A stretch of DNA of 64,000 bases from Lachnospiraceae bacterium (lineage in GTDB: Bacteria > Bacillota_I > Bacilli_A > RFN20 > CAG-826): the NCBI GenBank assembly GCA_963654425.1, contig CAVKAR010000002.1:1845-65844 (forward strand). The letters are read 5' to 3'. The notes under the pieces are model-generated. The model was not told the DNA's origin and ran no database searches. It was given only the letters and a program-made list of their open reading frames with translations. Both the position numbers and the translations under genes were made by a program. Of the stretch, positions 19,645 to 28,935 are shown piece by piece. The first letter of the stretch is position 1. The number at the start of each line of letters is the position of its first letter.

Positions 19645-20963
19645 ACATCAAGAAATTCTTTGAACTCGCAAAAGCTGAAGGCTTAGAGGCCGCCCAGCTT
19701 CAGATATCCAAAAGCAAATCGACATCGGTCTCTCTCTTTCATCATGAAATCGACAATTATTCCATCAATTCCTCGCAAAGCATCATGGCCTGCGGCGTTT
19801 ATAAGGGCAAATTCGGAAGCTGCCGCACCGAGGAGTTTGGCAAAGATACGTTCTCTTTCTTGATCAAAGGAATCAAGGACGGGGCCTCTCTCAACGAAAA
19901 GGACGAGAAAGCCGAGATTTTCGTCGGAAGCGAAAAATACCACAAGAAAAACGTGTATTCAGAGGCCTTGTCGCTGGCGCCGATTGAAGAAAAAATAGCT
20001 TTGATCAAAGATGTCGAAAACCGGTTGTTCGCCTTCGATAAGCGCATCAACGATGTTTCGGAAGTCGTCTATAACGAAAGCGAAGTCAGCAGTGAATTCT
20101 ATAATTCGTATGGCCTTAAGCTGAAGCAGAAATCAAATTACTTCTACATTTACGCAGGAGTTGTCGCCAAAGTCGGAGAGGAAGTCAAAACCGGTTTCGA
20201 TCTCGTGTTCGGGAACGACTTAAAGACATTCGACACCGAAGCGTTTGTGAATGGCGTGGCCAAAAAAGCGTTGGCGAAATTCGGTGGCGAGCCGATTGAA
20301 AGCGGCAAATACCCAACGGTCCTCGCTAACGACATCTTCGGTGATTTGATCAACTACTTCTTATCAAGCGCTTCGGCTGAAGAAGTTCAAAAACAGAGTT
20401 CCTTCTTGATTGGTAAATTAGGGGAGAAAGTGACTTCGAAAAAACTCACCATTTCTGAAAAACCACTGCAAAAGAACATCTTCTTCTCCTATTTCGATGA
20501 TGAAGGCGTCGCCGCGAAAAACAAAGACATTGTCAAAAACGGCGTCCTTATGACTTACTTCCACAACCGCGAAACCGCGAAAAAAGCCGGATGCGAATCG
20601 ACCGGCAACGGTCAGTGGCAAGGCGGGAAAATCGGCGTTGGCTATAGCAATATCGTCGTCAAAGGCGGAAAGAAGAGCTTCGATGAAATGATTGCGCCCG
20701 TCAAAAAAGGCGTCTATATCACCGAGATTGCCGGCTTAGGCACAGGCATGAATGCCCAAAGCGGCGATTTCTCTTGCCAAGCCCAAGGCTTCATGATTGA
20801 GGACGGGAGATTAACCAAGCCTCTTAATCTCATCACTTTGAGTGGCAACTTGCTGAAGATGCTCAATAACATCAAAACGCTAGACAACAACATCGTTCTT
20901 CGCATCAATTCGATAGCTTGCGGCGATGTGTTGATCAGCAAGATGTCGATTGGCGGCAAATAG
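19641..20963 (+). CDS. pmbA: PmbA/TldE (U62 family partner of TldD)
   Basis: U62 fold without the HExxxH motif. ATGA overlap with the tldD stop. RBS GGAGGA. Confidence 0.8.
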   Translation: MNIKKFFELAKAEGLEAAQLQISKSKSTSVSLFHHEIDNYSINSSQSIMACGVYKGKFGSCRTEEFGKDTFSFLIKGIKDGASLNEKDEKAEIFVGSEKYHKKNVYSEALSLAPIEEKIALIKDVENRLFAFDKRINDVSEVVYNESEVSSEFYNSYGLKLKQKSNYFYIYAGVVAKVGEEVKTGFDLVFGNDLKTFDTEAFVNGVAKKALAKFGGEPIESGKYPTVLANDIFGDLINYFLSSASAEEVQKQSSFLIGKLGEKVTSKKLTISEKPLQKNIFFSYFDDEGVAAKNKDIVKNGVLMTYFHNRETAKKAGCESTGNGQWQGGKIGVGYSNIVVKGGKKSFDEMIAPVKKGVYITEIAGLGTGMNAQSGDFSCQAQGFMIEDGRLTKPLNLITLSGNLLKMLNNIKTLDNNIVLRINSIACGDVLISKMSIGGK

Positions 20964-21028
20964 CTACTCGCAATCAAAAGGGCCGGGAAACCACCAAACC
21001 CGTTAGGGATTTCTCCAGAAATAAAAAG

Positions 21029-21080
21029 GCGTAGCCACATCCAGGGAATTACCCGTTTGTGCCTACGCTTTTTTGCTTTG
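21029..21080 (+). terminator. Terminator after pmbA
   Basis: GCGTAG..CTACGC stem with an inner GGG/CCC hairpin, followed by TTTTTTG. Confidence 0.45.
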
Positions 21081-21138
21081 ACATCACAATCTTGTCGTTG
21101 CCATTTGCTTCCGTGACTTTCTCTCATAATTTTGTTGC

Positions 21139-21169
21139 TTCTCGTAGTTTCAATATGTTTTTACGAGAA
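21139..21169. promoter_or_regulatory. Palindrome TTCTCGTA-N15-TACGAGAA at the 3-prime end of the Fic gene
   Basis: Seen directly. Shares a half-site with the palindrome and repeats at the Fic promoter. Confidence 0.45.
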
Positions 21170-21172
21170 TGG

Positions 21173-22222
21173 TTATTTTAGCAGCACATAATATGTGCTC
21201 TTGCCTTGCCCGTATTTTTTGACTTTCCCCTTCTTTATCAAGGCCGCGATTGCTTTTTCGACAGCGCTGAGGGAAATTGTCGGGCAAAGCTCGGCAACAT
21301 CGGATTTCGTAAGTTTTCCAATCTTGATTTCGAATGCGCTTTCGACAAGTTCGGTTGCCGATTTTTTCTTGCTGACAAGACTCAGCCTCTCCTCAAAATC
21401 GTTATATGCGGACAGAATCGTCATGAGTATGAATTTTATGAAGGGGGCCGGATCGTCTTTTCCCTCATGCCAATTGATCTGACTGTCGTACAATGCATCA
21501 TAGTACAAATCCTTATATTTGGCGATTTTGCTTTCGAGCGATATGTATTTTCCGACAAAGTATCCAGAGTGATATAAAAGCAAGGTCGTCAGCAATCTGC
21601 TCATTCTGCCGTTGCCGTCACGGAAGGGGTGAATGCAAAGAAAATCATGTATGAAAATAGGTATTAGCAAAAGTGCGTCCACGCTTCCATCTTCTATCGC
21701 CTCGTTGAATGTTTTGCAAAGATTCTCTATCGCCATTGGCGTTTCAAAAGGGTTGAGCGGCATAAACAAAACGGTTTTGTTTCCGTTTTCGTCTATGGCG
21801 GAAATCTCATTCTGCGAGTTCTTGAAGCATCCGCCGAAATTCGCCTCGGTATTGTGAGAGAACAATATCTTATGAAGCTGCAGAATATAGTTTGAGGTTA
21901 TCGGGATGTACTCAAAGCTCTCATGAATAGTGGCAAGCGCATCACGATATCCAGCGATTTCTTTTTCGTTTCGGTTTCTCGGCGTAGTCTTTTGCAAAAC
22001 CAATTGCTTTAGCCTTGTTTCGGTTGTCGCGATGCCCTCAAGCACATTGCTGGCTTCCGTACTTTGGATTTTTGCGATTTCAACGAGTCTATCAAGCTCT
22101 AATTGCTTCTGAGAGAGATACAGCTCTTGTCGGCCTTTCATCTCGTGAATCTTAGTAAGATACTCGATGATCGCGTTATCCCATCTACAGTTTGCAAGTT
22201 TTTTATAATCGAATTCTCTCAT
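21173..22222 (-). CDS. Fic family protein with a C-terminal winged-helix domain
   Basis: Canonical HPFRDGNGR motif. ATG for MREFDYKK; the listed ORF start at 22252 is a TTG. Confidence 0.85.
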   Translation of the reverse strand: MREFDYKKLANCRWDNAIIEYLTKIHEMKGRQELYLSQKQLELDRLVEIAKIQSTEASNVLEGIATTETRLKQLVLQKTTPRNRNEKEIAGYRDALATIHESFEYIPITSNYILQLHKILFSHNTEANFGGCFKNSQNEISAIDENGNKTVLFMPLNPFETPMAIENLCKTFNEAIEDGSVDALLLIPIFIHDFLCIHPFRDGNGRMSRLLTTLLLYHSGYFVGKYISLESKIAKYKDLYYDALYDSQINWHEGKDDPAPFIKFILMTILSAYNDFEERLSLVSKKKSATELVESAFEIKIGKLTKSDVAELCPTISLSAVEKAIAALIKKGKVKKYGQGKSTYYVLLK

Positions 22223-22233
22223 GCCTAACTCTT

Positions 22234-22284
22234 TTCTCGTAAATTGTAGCACTTTTTACGAGAAACATTAACGAATTACGAGAA
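22234..22284 (-). promoter_or_regulatory. Operator-like palindrome TTCTCGTAAA-N11-TTTACGAGAA spanning a TGcTACAAT -10, plus a third half-site TTACGAGAA
   Basis: Seen directly, immediately upstream of the Fic ATG at 22222. Confidence 0.5.
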
Positions 22285-22568
22285 TAAGATCGATAAATTT
22301 TGCAAAAAATCTTATATAAACAAAGCACATCAGGAATCGAATACCCATTCATCCGTTCTTTGATTTCGTATTGCATTGCCTAATCCATCACCGCGGCAAC
22401 AGCCCGTCTATCTTCTCCGTCGACTTTGGCTTGTCCGTTTTGATATTTCCGGCCAAGTCTATTTGAACGCCGCATTGTTCGTTTTGGCGTTTCTAAAATA
22501 AGCCTCGGCGAACGCTCCGGCCTTTTTGTTGTTCTAGAAAAAGAAAACCGTTCTAATAACTCTTGGCG

Positions 22569-23804
22569 TTATTCGTCTTTCTTCGTTTCAGCGGCGGTGA
22601 CGACTGCCTCTTCGCTAATTTCTTGCTTAGGGGCGGCATCTTTTGTTTCTTCTTTTTTGACCGAATAGCCATAATCGCTCAAATCCCAATCAGGATGGGC
22701 GATAAGAACTTTCTCGACTGCCAACTTAAGAAGCTTCTTCTCCACTGCTTTCTTCTCTTTCGGGAGTTTTCTGAAAGCATCGTGCGTCTTATTCAAAGCG
22801 GCTTCGGTTTCGCCAATCGATTCCTCGACGAGGCCATTGGCAAGGACATAAGCGCGAACAGAAGGCGCGTTTGATAAAGAGGCTATGTGCTTTTTCACAT
22901 CAAGCGGCAAAGCTATAAAATACTTTTTGGCTTCTTCCAAAGGCAAAGTATCAAGAATAATTGCCACTTTTTGCGCCTCAGCGTAACGGAAAACCGGCGC
23001 TGATACTTTCTTTTCGCAGGCAATGGTTTTCTCCACGATATCCAAAGCCGCTTTGTAATCGCCTTTATCTAGATAATCATAAAGAGTGATGTCGTTGACT
23101 GAGGCGGTGAAGTCGGTGACTTCATCATAGACCGGCGTTTCGCCTTTTGGCAAACCCCTTGCAAGCTTATCTTCGGCTGAAAGCATTTCGTTATAAGCCA
23201 CTACATTGGTTTTGCTATTGAGGATCGTGATCAAATAACCATCGTTCTTTGAATCGAGGGCGGCAGGGAAGATGTCATAAACAAGCACCATGCCGGCCAC
23301 CGTCAAAACGACCTCGCTTGACGCTTTTAGCCAATAATAGGAAGTATCCCCGTTCTTGATGAAAGAAGAAGCAAGAACTAGCATCGCTACGCAAATCACT
23401 ATCTCTATAAAGAGGAATAGCAGGCCCATGTAGATGATCGGCCGCGGATTGCTCTTTTTCGTATCGAGCGGAGAAACGATGGTTTCGCCCGTCAATCCGT
23501 CGTAATTCCCGGCATAGAATTTCTTCTTCCCGTCTTTCTTTTTCTTCACGCCCAAGCCAAGGCAAACCCAACCTACGACTTCGTATTTCCCGATTTTCGC
23601 GCCCAAAAGATGGCCGAGCTCGAGAATAAGACTCGTTAAGACGATGCCTATCAAAATCGCAAGAAGTACCAAAATGTAGGGGCTGATCGTTAGATATGTC
23701 GAGCCGGCGCTGAAATCAGGCCGCAATACAAAAAAGCCTACGCATACGGCGATCGCCAGCATCAGCAAATAGGCCACATACCCCATCGTGTCATTCTTTT
23801 TCAT
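22569..23804 (-). CDS. Polytopic membrane protein, possibly DUF3267/zincin-like, with ELGH in place of HExxH
   Basis: ATG (MKKNDT) overlaps the Fe-ADH stop (ATGA). RBS AAAGGAG. N-terminal TM segments and an LILELGHLLGA segment. Confidence 0.5.
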   Translation of the reverse strand: MKKNDTMGYVAYLLMLAIAVCVGFFVLRPDFSAGSTYLTISPYILVLLAILIGIVLTSLILELGHLLGAKIGKYEVVGWVCLGLGVKKKKDGKKKFYAGNYDGLTGETIVSPLDTKKSNPRPIIYMGLLFLFIEIVICVAMLVLASSFIKNGDTSYYWLKASSEVVLTVAGMVLVYDIFPAALDSKNDGYLITILNSKTNVVAYNEMLSAEDKLARGLPKGETPVYDEVTDFTASVNDITLYDYLDKGDYKAALDIVEKTIACEKKVSAPVFRYAEAQKVAIILDTLPLEEAKKYFIALPLDVKKHIASLSNAPSVRAYVLANGLVEESIGETEAALNKTHDAFRKLPKEKKAVEKKLLKLAVEKVLIAHPDWDLSDYGYSVKKEETKDAAPKQEISEEAVVTAAETKKDE

Positions 23805-24991
23805 AAAAAACTCCTTTCGCGAAGGCAATTAAAATAAATGGTATTAACTGCTTTCGAATCTAGTGGCTGCGGGCAAAGACCAACCACACGTGTGCCTCCC
23901 TTACTCGCTAGATCGACTAAAGCCGAGATGTCATTTTCATTCAACCCGAGTTCCTCAAAAGTCGTAGGAAGACCGATTGACTTATAGAAATCCTTCATGG
24001 ATTCGATGCCTATTATAGCCGCTTTCTCGTCATCTTCATCACTAATATTGAATAAGTAACGAGCTAATCTAGCGAATTTTACCTTGGCTAAAGGGTAGAC
24101 ATAACGCGCCCACCCTAAATAGACGACGGCGATCCCAGCTCCGTGCGTGATGCTTTGTTTGTAGCCAGAAAGAGCGTGTTCTAAAGGGTGAACGACAAAG
24201 ATTGATTTTTTGCCGATGCTGGTGAGACCATCGTGCGCCAAAGAACTAAAAAGCATGAGGGCGGCTCTTGCGTTGTAATCGGTTGGGTTTTCGTAGGCTG
24301 CTTTGCCAGCCTCCATGACCTTCTTCACTAGAGCTAGGGCCCAATCGTCAGAAAGCTGATATGGCCCTGATTCATTGAAGTAGCGCTCAATGCTATGCAT
24401 CATCATATCGGCGATTCCGCAAGCGGTTTGGAATGGTGATACAGAATAAGTTAGTTCCGGGTTTTCGATAACGAATAAAGGCCTCACGATATCGGAATTG
24501 AACCCTTGTTTGATTTTAGATTCATTATCTTGGATAACACAGGAATTGCTGCTCTCGCTCCCGGCTGAAGCGATAGTCAAAATAACGCCAACGGGCAAAC
24601 TCTTCTTCGGCGTGGCGATTTTCAAGTTGAAGTCAAAAGGATCGCCATCGTAATAGTATCCGACGCCGATTGATTTAGCGGTGTCGATAACGCTGCCTCC
24701 GCCAAGAGCCAAAACGCAGTCTACTTTTGAATTTCGCGCAATTTCCACTCCTTTTAAAGGGTAATCACAAGTCGGATTTGCTGGTATATTGCCTAATTCA
24801 ACGTGAAAAACGGAATTTTCATCAAGGTTTTGAATGGTTTTTGCTAATAGGCCGCTTTTTATGACGCTACTTTTGCCGTAAACCAGCAAAACCCTTGAAA
24901 AACCATATTCTTTCAAGATATGCCCAATCTCATTTTCTTTGTCTTTCCCGAAAATGATGCGCGTTGGTGAGCGAAAATCGAAATCGATCAT
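23801..24991 (-). CDS. Iron-containing alcohol dehydrogenase
   Basis: GGGSVIDTAK NAD-binding motif. Fe-ADH His motifs (HPLEHALSG, HGAGIA). Confidence 0.85.
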   Translation of the reverse strand: MIDFDFRSPTRIIFGKDKENEIGHILKEYGFSRVLLVYGKSSVIKSGLLAKTIQNLDENSVFHVELGNIPANPTCDYPLKGVEIARNSKVDCVLALGGGSVIDTAKSIGVGYYYDGDPFDFNLKIATPKKSLPVGVILTIASAGSESSNSCVIQDNESKIKQGFNSDIVRPLFVIENPELTYSVSPFQTACGIADMMMHSIERYFNESGPYQLSDDWALALVKKVMEAGKAAYENPTDYNARAALMLFSSLAHDGLTSIGKKSIFVVHPLEHALSGYKQSITHGAGIAVVYLGWARYVYPLAKVKFARLARYLFNISDEDDEKAAIIGIESMKDFYKSIGLPTTFEELGLNENDISALVDLASKGGTRVVGLCPQPLDSKAVNTIYFNCLRERSFL

Positions 24992-25545
24992 TTTTTGCTC
25001 TCCTCCTTGCTCAACTCTTTTAAGGCTGGCAAAAGAATCGTTGAAGTGTTGCCTATGAACTTACGCATCGCTTTTTCAAACCGGCCAGGCGTGACGCTGA
25101 CGTTTTTGAAATAGTATCCAAATTCATCAGAGACGATGCGGGATAAGCGGCGGGATAAAGTGCGATAACCGCTTTTCGTCAATTCCTCATCGCCGGTTTT
25201 GCCGAAAATGGAAATAACCTGCGTCGCCACTTTGCTATAAATGAAATCGTCGACTAGTTCGCTCGCGGCGCTGTTATAGGAGCTACGAAGAAAAACGAAA
25301 TTTGCTTTGCAATACTGCAAAACGGAAAGAAGGACGGAATTAACGTCCTTGCATCGGGAAAGGCCTTCAACTTCCTCGTTCAAAAATATCGCCGCCAATA
25401 GATCATAAATATCTTGGTAATGGTAATAAAAAGTCTGACGATGGCAGTGGCATGCCTCGCATAAGGAGGTGACGTTTATTTCGCTCAACGGTTTGCTGAG
25501 CATCATCTCTTTGAGGGTTCTTTTGAATTTGGCTTCAGTCGTCAT
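24988..25545 (-). CDS. TetR-family regulator, DhaS-like
   Basis: N-terminal HTH INVTSLCEACHCHRQTFYYHYQDIYDL resembles the DhaS signature (NRQTFYYHF). Confidence 0.6.
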   Translation of the reverse strand: MTTEAKFKRTLKEMMLSKPLSEINVTSLCEACHCHRQTFYYHYQDIYDLLAAIFLNEEVEGLSRCKDVNSVLLSVLQYCKANFVFLRSSYNSAASELVDDFIYSKVATQVISIFGKTGDEELTKSGYRTLSRRLSRIVSDEFGYYFKNVSVTPGRFEKAMRKFIGNTSTILLPALKELSKEESKK

Positions 25546-26447
25546 TGTTTTAACTTGGCGTATTCCTTGGCGATTAGAGCGCCGAGAACGGCATTATTTA
25601 TAACCAGGTCGATGTTGGTCTCAAGCGATTTGCCGTCCGTCATTTCCACGATGCGCTTAAGCAAGAACGGCGTTACGTCTTTGCCAGTGATTCCTTTTTC
25701 TTCAGCTTCTTTGACGGCGAGAGCAACAATCGAATCGATATAGTCGTGCGGCAAGGCCTGCTCTTTGGGGCAAGGATTGGAAATCAAGATGCCACCAGTC
25801 AAACCAAAATCGCGTTTGGCTTTGATGATGCTCGCCGCTTCATATGGCGAAGAGAAAGCGTAATCGGCTTTATATCCAGAATCTACTGAATAGAAGTTTG
25901 CGAAGTCCTCTTCTTTATATGATAAAACGGTGACGCCTTGGCTTTCTAACACTTCGAGGGTCTTTGCGATGTCAAGGATTGCCTTTGCGCCAGCGCAAAT
26001 AACGGTTACAGGCTCGCTTGCAAGCTCATAAAGGTCGCGCGAAACGTCAAATGTTGTTTCAGCGCCGCGATGCACTCCACCTATTCCGCCCGTCACGAAA
26101 ACTTCGATGCCGGCTTTTTTGGCCATTAGGATTGTTCCGCTGACCGTTGTTGCCCCCCATCCTTTTTTGGCAATGACTATCGGGAAATCGCGTTTGGAGA
26201 CTTTGGCGATGCCTTTCTTTTTCCCGAATTGCTCAACCTCTTCGGCACTCATGCCAATGATTGGCTCGCCTTCGATAATGCCCATCGTAGCAGGTATGGC
26301 ACCGTTATCGCGGATGGTTTTTTCGACAAGCAAAGCCGTTTCGACATTCTTCGGATATGGCATGCCATGCGAAATAATGGTGCTTTCCAGCGCAACGACC
26401 GGTTTTCCTTCTTTAAGGGCTTTCTCTACTTCTGGGTTGATTTTCAT
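25542..26447 (-). CDS. psuG: Pseudouridine-5-prime-phosphate glycosidase
   Basis: 301 aa. N-terminus MKINPEVEKALKEGKPVVALESTIISHGMPYP is typical of PsuG/IndA. Confidence 0.8.
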   Translation of the reverse strand: MKINPEVEKALKEGKPVVALESTIISHGMPYPKNVETALLVEKTIRDNGAIPATMGIIEGEPIIGMSAEEVEQFGKKKGIAKVSKRDFPIVIAKKGWGATTVSGTILMAKKAGIEVFVTGGIGGVHRGAETTFDVSRDLYELASEPVTVICAGAKAILDIAKTLEVLESQGVTVLSYKEEDFANFYSVDSGYKADYAFSSPYEAASIIKAKRDFGLTGGILISNPCPKEQALPHDYIDSIVALAVKEAEEKGITGKDVTPFLLKRIVEMTDGKSLETNIDLVINNAVLGALIAKEYAKLKQ

Positions 26448-26448
26448 G

Positions 26449-28932
26449 TTATCTGCCTTCTTTCTTTTTGAGTATCGATAAGTGGGTAATGTTCTTTCTG
26501 ATTAGCCAATCGATAAAGAAATACAAGGCCGTCAAAAAGACAATCTGCCCAAAAACAAACAAACCAAGATATGGATTCAAAAGACCGTAATCGAGGTCGA
26601 GCAAGAAACTTGAGGTTCCAGCATCGTTCACTTTCCCCGGAGCGATAAAATCGAGCAAGAAGAAAGCGGTGCCGGCAGCGAGCAAGAAGAAGAAAATCGA
26701 GGTCCGGTATTTGTCTAAAGGCAAGGAAATGCGGAAGAGAATCGGATAACTCATAATGGTAAAGGCAATCGTTGAGCAGGCAATGGCGGCTCGATACGAC
26801 ATGAATTCAGGATTTATGGCATATGCGCCAAAACAGAAAGCCACGCACAATATCTCCATTAGGCCCGAAGGCAAGGCGGCAGCCAAAACGTTTTTCATGA
26901 AGGACCCTGATAGGCGTTCGTTTGATGGCTGGAGGGCCAAGAAGAATCCACCAGCTCCGATAGTGCATAGTTCCCAAACGAAGAGGTTTGTCGTTGAGAA
27001 GGGGTAACCGCCTTTTCCGCACCAGCTGAGAATGAGGAAGACAAAAGAAACGACGACGGCGAAAACCGTTTTGCCTAAAAAGAGCGAGGCGCTTCTTTGG
27101 AGATTATTGATGACTCTCCTTCCTTCACCTACCACATCCGGCAATTTGGAGAAATCGTTATCCATGCTGACGATGTGGGCGACATTGCGCGCTGCGCTTG
27201 ACCCGCTCGCCATCGCAATCGAGCAATCGGCTTTTTTCAAAGCGATGATATCATTGACCCCGTCTCCCGTCATGGCTACTTTGTGGCCTTTTTCTTGGAG
27301 AGCTTCGACGATGAGTGCTTTTTGCTCTGGCTTCACGCGGCCAAAAACACTATGGGTTTCCACCAAAGAAGGAATATCTTCGTCTTTGACATTGTCCATC
27401 GAAACATAATCGGAGGCGTTTTCGACGCCAACAATCTCGGCGATGTGGGCAACAGTAAGGGCGTTATCGCCGCTTATTATCTTGACCTGAACGCCGTTTT
27501 TCTTGAACCATTCGATATTCGCTTTGGCGTCTTCTTTGATGTGATCGGTGAACGAAATCAAAGCGATTAGGCGGTTTTTATCGGGGATTTTACCATCAAT
27601 TATCTTTTTGTCGTTATGATAGAGAGCAATCACGCGAAGGCCTTGAGAGGAAAGAGAGCCAATCAGCGCTTCGGCTTTCTCGTCTTTTACTTTTTCGATA
27701 AAGCCATACGCCCCCATGATGAAGGTGCCTTCCTCTTCAAATGTGGCAGCGCTATATTTGTATTCGGAATCAAACGGTATAGAGGCGATTGAACGATAAG
27801 GGGCTTCGGTGAAGAAAGAGGAAATCGCCTTCGCGGTTCCGTTTTCGTCTTTGGTCGCTTTCGTAAGCGAGGCTAATATTTTCCCAATGGTGGCCTCATC
27901 GTAGTTTTCGTCCAACGAATGAACTTTATCCACAACAACCGTCCCATCGGTCAAGGTGCCGGTTTTATCGAAGCAGAGCACATCGACGCGAGCAAGCATC
28001 TCAATGCAATAAAGCTCTTGCACGTTCATGCGCTTCTTCGCCAAAGCGATCACGCCGGTCGCAAGAGTCAAAGAGACCAGCAAATAAAGGCCGCTTGGGA
28101 TCATGGCGACCATCGAACCTCCGATCATCTTCGTGAAATCGTAATAGTTTTCGCGGGAGAATCCATTTGAGGTTAAGCATTTGGCGATATAGGTGACAGC
28201 TTCAAGCAATCCCATGAGCACAGATAAAAATCCCGTCACCATGAATATATGGATGCACGAGCGCTTAAGCTCGCTTTTCGGGCGACGGAATTCCGTGGCT
28301 TTGCTTTGAATATCTTCAGCGTAATTGGTGCTTCCCACGCGATTGACGGAAACATAGGCTTTTCCGCTTTTCACATATGAGCCGCTATAAACTTGACTGC
28401 CGATATTTTTCTCAACGGCAATCGATTCGCCGCTGATGAGCGATTCATCGGTTTTCAAATAACCATCAACAACGATTCCGTCAGCGCAAATCTGATCGCC
28501 TGGCGAAAGAAGCATGATATCTTCGTAGACTATCTGATCGACTGCTATCTCTTCTTCTCTGCCGTTTCTTACGACTATCGCTTTCGGATCGGTGATAAGA
28601 CGCAATTTGTCAACCATCATACGGGCACGGATATCAGTCGCCAATCCGATAGCTATATTGCAGAAAAGAACAAGGAGGAAACTATAGTATTTGATTTCGA
28701 AAATTCCGCCAGAAAGCATCAAAATCGCAATCAAAAACAATATAGTGTTAAAAAACGAGAAAAAATTGTCGGTGAATATCTTCCAATATGATTTAGTTAC
28801 CTTTTTAGGGGTTTTGTTCACCAAACCGGCTTCATGGCGCTTCTTTACTTGTTCTTCGTTCAGCCCGTTTTTGCAATCGGGATTGAATCTCTCGGCTTCT
28901 TCTAACTCGGCTAGCAATTTCTCTTTTGTCAT
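26449..28932 (-). CDS. Cation-transporting P-type ATPase
   Basis: DKTGTLT phosphorylation motif and TGDGVNDIIALKKAD hinge motif. 827 aa. Confidence 0.9.
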   Translation of the reverse strand: MTKEKLLAELEEAERFNPDCKNGLNEEQVKKRHEAGLVNKTPKKVTKSYWKIFTDNFFSFFNTILFLIAILMLSGGIFEIKYYSFLLVLFCNIAIGLATDIRARMMVDKLRLITDPKAIVVRNGREEEIAVDQIVYEDIMLLSPGDQICADGIVVDGYLKTDESLISGESIAVEKNIGSQVYSGSYVKSGKAYVSVNRVGSTNYAEDIQSKATEFRRPKSELKRSCIHIFMVTGFLSVLMGLLEAVTYIAKCLTSNGFSRENYYDFTKMIGGSMVAMIPSGLYLLVSLTLATGVIALAKKRMNVQELYCIEMLARVDVLCFDKTGTLTDGTVVVDKVHSLDENYDEATIGKILASLTKATKDENGTAKAISSFFTEAPYRSIASIPFDSEYKYSAATFEEEGTFIMGAYGFIEKVKDEKAEALIGSLSSQGLRVIALYHNDKKIIDGKIPDKNRLIALISFTDHIKEDAKANIEWFKKNGVQVKIISGDNALTVAHIAEIVGVENASDYVSMDNVKDEDIPSLVETHSVFGRVKPEQKALIVEALQEKGHKVAMTGDGVNDIIALKKADCSIAMASGSSAARNVAHIVSMDNDFSKLPDVVGEGRRVINNLQRSASLFLGKTVFAVVVSFVFLILSWCGKGGYPFSTTNLFVWELCTIGAGGFFLALQPSNERLSGSFMKNVLAAALPSGLMEILCVAFCFGAYAINPEFMSYRAAIACSTIAFTIMSYPILFRISLPLDKYRTSIFFFLLAAGTAFFLLDFIAPGKVNDAGTSSFLLDLDYGLLNPYLGLFVFGQIVFLTALYFFIDWLIRKNITHLSILKKKEGR

Positions 28933-28935
28933 CTT

